From contig OZ241875.1 of assembly GCA_965203325.1 (NCBI GenBank), positions 3,360,001 through 3,424,000 of the forward strand: a stretch of 64,000 bases of DNA, written 5' to 3'. Positions 56,041 through 64,000 of this stretch are shown here, one piece after another. The notes below the pieces were generated by a model. That model was not told the origin of the DNA and did no database searches. It was given only the letters and a program-made list of their open reading frames with translations. Source of the DNA: a bacterium (GTDB lineage Bacteria > UBA8248). Position numbers and translations under genes: made by a program. Numbering within the stretch: the first letter of the stretch is position 1; every line of letters starts with the position of its first letter.

Positions 56041-57489
56041 TTGCTTGACGGCGCTTTGCACGAGGAACTTTTGGCCAGACCCGACAAGGAACATCACGTC
56101 GTGTTGCGCAGATACGGCCAATTGAACGTGCTTTTTCTATTGGGGGGAGACGTCATCGCCCTGATTGCGGCCTGGTTCATGGCGTATTGGCTTCGTTTCG
56201 TCGCGGAGATAGTTCCCGTTCCCTTCGGGTATCCCGATTTCATTGTTTATCTCGCTTCGCTTTTCTTGATATTGCTCATCTGGCTCATCGCTTCGGGCAT
56301 TACGCGTTTGTACCGGTACCGGGCCGGTCTTCATCATACCCAAGAGATCATCCGGCTCACCGGCACGTTTGTCTGGACGGTACTGTTGTTCGCCTTCTTC
56401 ACGTTTTTCTATCGCAAACAAAGCTACAGCCGATTGTTGGTTGTTCTTTTCATTATGCTGGGGCCTGTTTTTCTTTTTTCGGTCCGGCGTCTGGTCTGGT
56501 CCTTCATTCGACGCTTGAGGCGTCGGGGCGTGGACATGCGGCGCATCCTCATCGCAGGAACAACGCCTATCGCCCGGAGGGTTGCCGCTCATCTGGAGAC
56601 GTATCGATATCTTGGCTTTCAGGTCGTGGGACACCTCTGTGAGGGAGATACCGCAGAAGACGCGCTCCTGCTGGGGAAGTTGGAGGAGGTGCGCGAAATC
56701 GTGGCGCGAGAGAGAATCCATGAAGTATACGTGGCGCTTCCCCCGAGTTCGCGCACCGCGCAGGAGGCGTTGCTGAACACTCTGGCGGACTCGAGCGTCG
56801 ACGTCCGCCTGGTGCCCGATATTGTCGAACACATGCGGCTGAACGCCGGGATCGAGGAACTCGACGGCTTGCCGGTGATCCTGTTGTCACAGACGCCCCT
56901 TTCGGGCTGGAATCGATGGATGAAAGTAATGGTGGATTATTCTCTGGGGGCTTTGGTCTTGCTCGTTTTGAGTCCGATCATGGTGGTCATTGCGCTCGTC
57001 GTGAGGTGGACGAGCCGGGGTCCCGTTCTGTATCACCAGGAGAGAATGGGTCTGGACGGCGTGCGGTTTCGCATGTACAAGTTTCGCTCCATGAGGATAG
57101 ATGCGGAAAAGGAATCAGGCGCAGTCTGGACGATGGCTGAGGATGAGCGGCGCACCCGGTTCGGCGCTTTCTTGAGAAAGACGAGTCTCGATGAGTTGCC
57201 GCAATTGTTCAATGTGTTGCGCGGCGAAATGAGCCTCGTGGGCCCGAGGCCCGAGCGTCCGGTTTTCGTGGAGAAATTCAGATCGTCCGTTCCCCATTAC
57301 ATGCTGCGTCACAAGATGAAATCCGGAATAACAGGCTGGGCGCAGGTGAACGGATGGCGCGGAAACACGTCGATAGAAAAAAGGATCGAATTCGATTTAC
57401 ACTATATCGAGAACTGGTCCTTGGGTCTTGATGCCAAGATTTTATGGCTCACCCTCTGGAAGGGGCTGATAAACAAAAATGCGTATTAG
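56041..57489 (+). CDS. wcaJ: Undecaprenyl-phosphate glucose phosphotransferase
   Basis: 4+1 TM segments, KFRSM, SLDELPQLFNV, MSLVGPRPER, GITGWAQVNG. Start may be ~56101. Confidence 0.9.
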   Translation: MLDGALHEELLARPDKEHHVVLRRYGQLNVLFLLGGDVIALIAAWFMAYWLRFVAEIVPVPFGYPDFIVYLASLFLILLIWLIASGITRLYRYRAGLHHTQEIIRLTGTFVWTVLLFAFFTFFYRKQSYSRLLVVLFIMLGPVFLFSVRRLVWSFIRRLRRRGVDMRRILIAGTTPIARRVAAHLETYRYLGFQVVGHLCEGDTAEDALLLGKLEEVREIVARERIHEVYVALPPSSRTAQEALLNTLADSSVDVRLVPDIVEHMRLNAGIEELDGLPVILLSQTPLSGWNRWMKVMVDYSLGALVLLVLSPIMVVIALVVRWTSRGPVLYHQERMGLDGVRFRMYKFRSMRIDAEKESGAVWTMAEDERRTRFGAFLRKTSLDELPQLFNVLRGEMSLVGPRPERPVFVEKFRSSVPHYMLRHKMKSGITGWAQVNGWRGNTSIEKRIEFDLHYIENWSLGLDAKILWLTLWKGLINKNAY

Positions 57490-57501
57490 ACGGCATGATG
57501 G

Positions 57502-59933
<2,432 letters not shown>

Positions 59934-59983
59934 TGCGTCCTTTCGTGCCGTTCATGCGGCATCAGGTCTGGAAAAGATAAAGA

Positions 59984-60817
59984 ATGTCGGAAAAGAAGAT
60001 AGTAAAAATCGGGGATGTGGCCTTCGGCGAGCCGGGAGCGATATGCGTCATCGCAGGGCCTTGTGTGATCGAAAGTGAGGAATTAACCAGGCAATGCGCT
60101 GAAAAAGTCAAAGAAGCGACAGGAAAATGCGGTATCGGTGGAGTTTTCAAGGCTTCTTATGACAAAGCGAATCGCAGTTCAGGAAAATCACCGCGCGGAC
60201 CCGGCATCGAGAAGGGTTTGAAAATACTCGATATGGTAAGACGCGAGACTGGGCTTCCGGTGATGTCGGACGTTCATAGTCCCGAAGAAGCCGAAAGCGC
60301 AGCACATGTGCTGGACGCGCTTCAAATTCCCGCTTTCTTATGCCGCCAGACGGACCTCCTGCATGCCGCGGGAAGAACCGGGAAGCCCGTGAATGTCAAA
60401 AAAGGGCAGTTCATAGCGCCCGAGGACATGAAAAACGTCGTGGGAAAGCTCGAGGAAGTGGGTTGCCGGCAAATACTTCTTACCGAAAGGGGAACCAGCT
60501 TCGGCTACCACAACCTGGTTTCGGACATGCGTTCGCTCGTGAAGATGCGCGAATCGGGATATCCCGTCGTTTTCGATGCGACGCACAGCGTTCAATCGCC
60601 GGGTGGACTCGGAGAAAGTTCGGGAGGGGACAGGAGCATGGTTCCTCATCTCTCTCGTGCCGCCGCCGCCGTGGGCGTCGACGCCTTTTTCATCGAATGT
60701 CACCCAAGGCCGGATGAGGCCTTATCCGATGGCCCAAACATGATGGATATCGAGGCTCTCCATCCTCTTCTCATCTCTTTGCGCGCAATAGATTCTGCGC
60801 GTCTCGGCGCGCAATAA
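59984..60817 (+). CDS. kdsA: KDO-8-phosphate synthase
   Basis: AGPCVIE, KASYDKANRSS, PAFLCRQTDL, FDATHSVQ. Confidence 0.97.
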   Translation: MSEKKIVKIGDVAFGEPGAICVIAGPCVIESEELTRQCAEKVKEATGKCGIGGVFKASYDKANRSSGKSPRGPGIEKGLKILDMVRRETGLPVMSDVHSPEEAESAAHVLDALQIPAFLCRQTDLLHAAGRTGKPVNVKKGQFIAPEDMKNVVGKLEEVGCRQILLTERGTSFGYHNLVSDMRSLVKMRESGYPVVFDATHSVQSPGGLGESSGGDRSMVPHLSRAAAAVGVDAFFIECHPRPDEALSDGPNMMDIEALHPLLISLRAIDSARLGAQ

Positions 60818-61082
60818 TATTTCAAGAAGTTTGTTCACCATTGCATTATCGGTTTCACTCCTCTTCTTTTCGTTCTGAGCTCTGGATCATTCTTGCCGTG
60901 GCGCACTCGGGTCACTGAATCATCGATGGTGGCTGAGGTCGGGAAATTTCAAGTTTTCTTGTGATGGCGGGCCCGGAATTTGGCGTAAAATATGGATTGG
61001 TGCAACTTTTGAACATTTTGGTAAAATATGAGTTATATGGGTTGATGGAAACTTTTCGATCGCGATTTCATGAGAAGAACCC

Positions 61083-62825
61083 GTGCAGCATCAACGACTC
61101 TATGCCAGGCCCCGATCGAATCTCTCTTTCATAGGCACGAATGTGCGCTTGGAAGGCTCACTGCTCTTTGCAGGTAAAGTTTTCATGGAAGGCGAGTTCA
61201 AGGGAAAACTCCATGGCGACGGGCATCTCGAGATTGCGGCGGCGGGAAAAGCCGAGGGCGAGATCCATACGGATGAGCTGGTGAATCACGGCCGTACCAA
61301 AGGTTCTATATTTGTGGCGGATCGTGTTGAACTCAAGGCAGGATGTTCTCACGAAGGGAATGTGACGGCCCCCAAAATACATATAGATCCGGAGGCTAAG
61401 TTCGATGGCAGAATGATCATGCCTGATGTTGTCCCGACGCCGGCGCCCAAGCCGATAGTTTCGAAAAGGCGCCTGCAAATTGCGGCGGGTTTGGTGCTGT
61501 TTCTGGCCGCTGGTGTTGCCACCACGGCGATTTCCCGTGAGTCTCCGGATTACTTGCGCAATATCTGGAAACGCCTCGACGCGATATGGGAAGTGAGAGT
61601 AGGTGAATGGCTGGAGTCCGGCGAGTCGAAAAACCCGAAACTTAAGCTCGAAGAACAACAGAGAAGATACATTGCGGAAGCGGCTCGGCACGAAAGTAAA
61701 GGAGAATTCGATAAGGCTGTAGCCAGTCTGAGAAAAGCTTTGAAGTTCAAGGGAAGCCGCCAGGATGTCACCAGGTACCGCTTGGCGAAAATTCTGGCGC
61801 AGCAAAATCATACTGCGGAGGCCATACGTGAAATTCAATCTTTGCTCCAGCGCACTCCGAGGCATATCGAGGGAATGATCCTGCTTGGCGATTTGTATGT
61901 TCGCAGTGGGCAACTCTCAAAGGCGCTGGAAATATACAGAGAAGCTTATCTGCGTGAACCCGAGGACATTGTTCTGAAAAGAAGGCTTCAGATTGTTGAG
62001 TCGCGTGTCAGATTGGTACGGCCCGAACCGGCCGAGCCTGCGCAAGAGGTTTTGGACCCGACCCAGGTTTTAATCAATGCAGAGCGCTTCATATCCGGAA
62101 AAGAGCCGGCGAGGGCTGTAGACCTGCTCAGAGGCGCCATCGAAAAAACACCGAATAATGCGAGGTTCCATTTCTTGCTGGGCGCCGCCCTGGTTCAAAT
62201 GAACCGCAGGGACGAAGCAATACGCGTTTATGAGAAAGTTGTTTCTTTATCGCCCGATTGGCTGGATGGATACATACGTCTGGGCGCTCTTTTGGCATCC
62301 AAGGGTCGAGACAAGGATGCGATTGCACTTTATGAAAAAGCGGGCCGACTGGACTTGAACAACATCGAGATGAAAATTCGCATCGCCAATCTTCACAAAT
62401 CGAGGAAGCGGAAAAAAATCGCCCATAAAATACTTCTGGATTTGTTGGAGAAAAATCCCCGTTCGTCTCGCGTTTTGGTGGAACTTGGTATTTTCCTTTG
62501 GGAAACCGGGAAGCCTGAAGAATCGAAGAAGGTGTTCATGCAAGTGCTTGAAATAGATAAGAATTCAGCGCCGGCGTTGAATCGGTTGGCGTGGTTTCAC
62601 AGGAAGGATAAGGAAAGTTTGGTTCACGCCATCAAGCTTTCGAAACGCTCGCTGGAACTCCAGCCCGATACGCCGGCGTATCTCGATACACTGGCGGAGT
62701 TGTTTTATCGCAACGGAGAATCGGTGAAAGCGCTTCCGCTCATTCAAAGAGCGATTGAATTAGACCCCGGAAGTCGCTATTTTCGTCTGCAATTGGAAAA
62801 ATTCAAAAGAGCGAGCCGCAAATGA
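61083..62825 (+). CDS. Bactofilin (polymer-forming) domain, TM helix, multi-TPR protein
   Basis: SFIGTNVRLEGSL...EGEFKG...G.AEGEI....L...G...GSI....RVEL......EGNV....I.I...AKFDG; TM IAAGLVLFLAAGVAT; TPR motifs such as AYLDTLAELFY..G...KA...I.RAIELDP. Confidence 0.85.
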   Translation: MQHQRLYARPRSNLSFIGTNVRLEGSLLFAGKVFMEGEFKGKLHGDGHLEIAAAGKAEGEIHTDELVNHGRTKGSIFVADRVELKAGCSHEGNVTAPKIHIDPEAKFDGRMIMPDVVPTPAPKPIVSKRRLQIAAGLVLFLAAGVATTAISRESPDYLRNIWKRLDAIWEVRVGEWLESGESKNPKLKLEEQQRRYIAEAARHESKGEFDKAVASLRKALKFKGSRQDVTRYRLAKILAQQNHTAEAIREIQSLLQRTPRHIEGMILLGDLYVRSGQLSKALEIYREAYLREPEDIVLKRRLQIVESRVRLVRPEPAEPAQEVLDPTQVLINAERFISGKEPARAVDLLRGAIEKTPNNARFHFLLGAALVQMNRRDEAIRVYEKVVSLSPDWLDGYIRLGALLASKGRDKDAIALYEKAGRLDLNNIEMKIRIANLHKSRKRKKIAHKILLDLLEKNPRSSRVLVELGIFLWETGKPEESKKVFMQVLEIDKNSAPALNRLAWFHRKDKESLVHAIKLSKRSLELQPDTPAYLDTLAELFYRNGESVKALPLIQRAIELDPGSRYFRLQLEKFKRASRK

Positions 62826-63018
62826 TGCCCGGAAACGATCAGATGAATGTACGTACTCGCCGCACCTTCATGGGGTTGAGCAACCGAGCACTTGTTTGAC
62901 CATGAGTAAACTTGTTGTATGAGATGGTTGGAAATAAATGATATGAAAGGGTTGTAAAGGGTGATTCGCCCCATCTGGTTGGTCAGTAGTCGCCACTCTT
63001 AGTTTGGAGGGCTGGGAA

Positions 63019-63852
63019 ATGGGTATCCTGACAATTTCGAGAGAGCTTGGAAGCGGTGGTGACGCTATTGGGAAGAAAGTGGCTCAAGAGTTGGGATGGG
63101 CCCTTTTGGACAACGACGGATTTGCGGATGCGGCGCAATCGTATGGTTATGTTCGAGCCGAACTCGAACAAGTGGATGAGAGGAAGCCCGGTCTGATAGA
63201 CCGCTTTTTCCGGGACAGGCAACTGGTGTATCTCGATATCATGCGGGCCATCGTTTACGAGTCAGCCTTGAAAAATAATTTCGTCATACTGGGCCGCGGC
63301 TCCCATATCCTCCTTGAGGGAATCGAGGGTGTTTTCCGGGCACGCATCGTGGCGCCCAGAGATTATCGCCAACGGACACTGGTGAAGAACGAGGGGATTA
63401 CCCCATCCATGGCGGAGCAGTTCATACGCCACAACGATGATGAAAGAATGGCCTATACGCGACATTTTTTCGATGTCAGGTGGGGAGAGCCGAGTCACTT
63501 CGATATGATATTGAACACCGGGTTGTTCAATGAAGATATGTCAATGCGTTTGCTGGTGAACATCTTGAAAAGTGAAAAATTTTCCCAATTCGAACCATCG
63601 GAATCTCAAAAGCTCCAGAATCTGGCTTTTGCGCAAAAGATCAAGGCAACAATCATGACGGATGAGCGAATCGATGCGAGCGGCATTGTCGTTGAATGTC
63701 TCGGACCCGGAGAACTATTCTTGCACGGGCGCGTCAACAGCGATGAAGAAAAAGAATTGGCCGAATCAATTGCCAAAGAATACAGTGGAGTCGTCGAGTT
63801 GAGCAGCGAGTTGGTCGTGATGCCGCCTATCGAAGGATGGTATCCGGTATGA
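63019..63852 (+). CDS. Cytidylate-kinase-like protein with C-terminal BON domain
   Basis: ILTISRELGSGG, VILGRG, HFDMILNT; C-terminal IDASGIVV....GELFLHGRV....EKELAESIA....GV..L. Confidence 0.85.
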   Translation: MGILTISRELGSGGDAIGKKVAQELGWALLDNDGFADAAQSYGYVRAELEQVDERKPGLIDRFFRDRQLVYLDIMRAIVYESALKNNFVILGRGSHILLEGIEGVFRARIVAPRDYRQRTLVKNEGITPSMAEQFIRHNDDERMAYTRHFFDVRWGEPSHFDMILNTGLFNEDMSMRLLVNILKSEKFSQFEPSESQKLQNLAFAQKIKATIMTDERIDASGIVVECLGPGELFLHGRVNSDEEKELAESIAKEYSGVVELSSELVVMPPIEGWYPV

Positions 63853-64000
63853 ACTGGATGCGTGAGCGGAAAATCAAATCACCGGGTGCAAGGCGCCTTG
63901 CGTTACGCATGGTGTTTATCGGCGGTTTGATGACGGTGCTTTCCGGTTGCAGCCTGGTGGTGTTGCAAGCCGATTACCAGGAGGATAAAGCGCAAAACAA
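63849..64000 (+). CDS. Partial probable lipoprotein running off the right edge
   Basis: ATGA overlap at 63849; basic N-terminus, hydrophobic stretch and lipobox LSGC; frame open to the end. Confidence 0.55.
   Translation, partial: MNWMRERKIKSPGARRLALRMVFIGGLMTVLSGCSLVVLQADYQEDKAQN

Overview
GC-rich bacterial (diderm) chromosomal window. The FN3/Calx-beta autotransporter and the many orphan catabolic enzymes suggest a marine or sponge-associated symbiont, but that is inference only. (1) 1-13.6 kb is an accessory region. It holds a translationally coupled defence-like operon (Vsr/DUF559-type nuclease, TM coiled-coil protein, TM coiled-coil McrB-type GTPase, and a partial probable McrC-like gene running off the left edge), a GAF-sensor pseudogene, and a very GC-rich cassette. 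The cassette encodes a TbpB-like lipoprotein, a 1695-aa modular autotransporter, two TCCGATAA..TTATCGGA-type palindromes at a sigma70 promoter, a frameshifted tyrosine-recombinase remnant and a double-Cro/excisionase-like HTH protein. (2) 13.7-22.8 kb has an M28 peptidase and a cobalamin uptake operon (btuB, btuF, btuC, btuD, tonB, unknown gene) behind two tandem cobalamin riboswitches, interrupted by three TIR-bounded composite repeat elements. (3) 22.8-50 kb has metabolic genes with tandem paralogues (2 CocE/NonD, 3 beta-hydroxyacid dehydrogenases), REP clusters, ChrA, a hicB-hicA islet flanked by a ~163-bp duplication of a TatD-family promoter/5' end next to tRNA-Arg(CCG), nth, ino1, and moeB with an Rrf2/IscR-type site. 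(4) 50-64 kb has a surface-polysaccharide/LPS cluster, kdsB-pyrG-kdsA, a bactofilin-TM-TPR fusion and a CMP-kinase-like/BON protein. No CRISPR array, rRNA, intact transposase or intact integrase was seen. All family calls come from motif recognition by eye, not from database searches.
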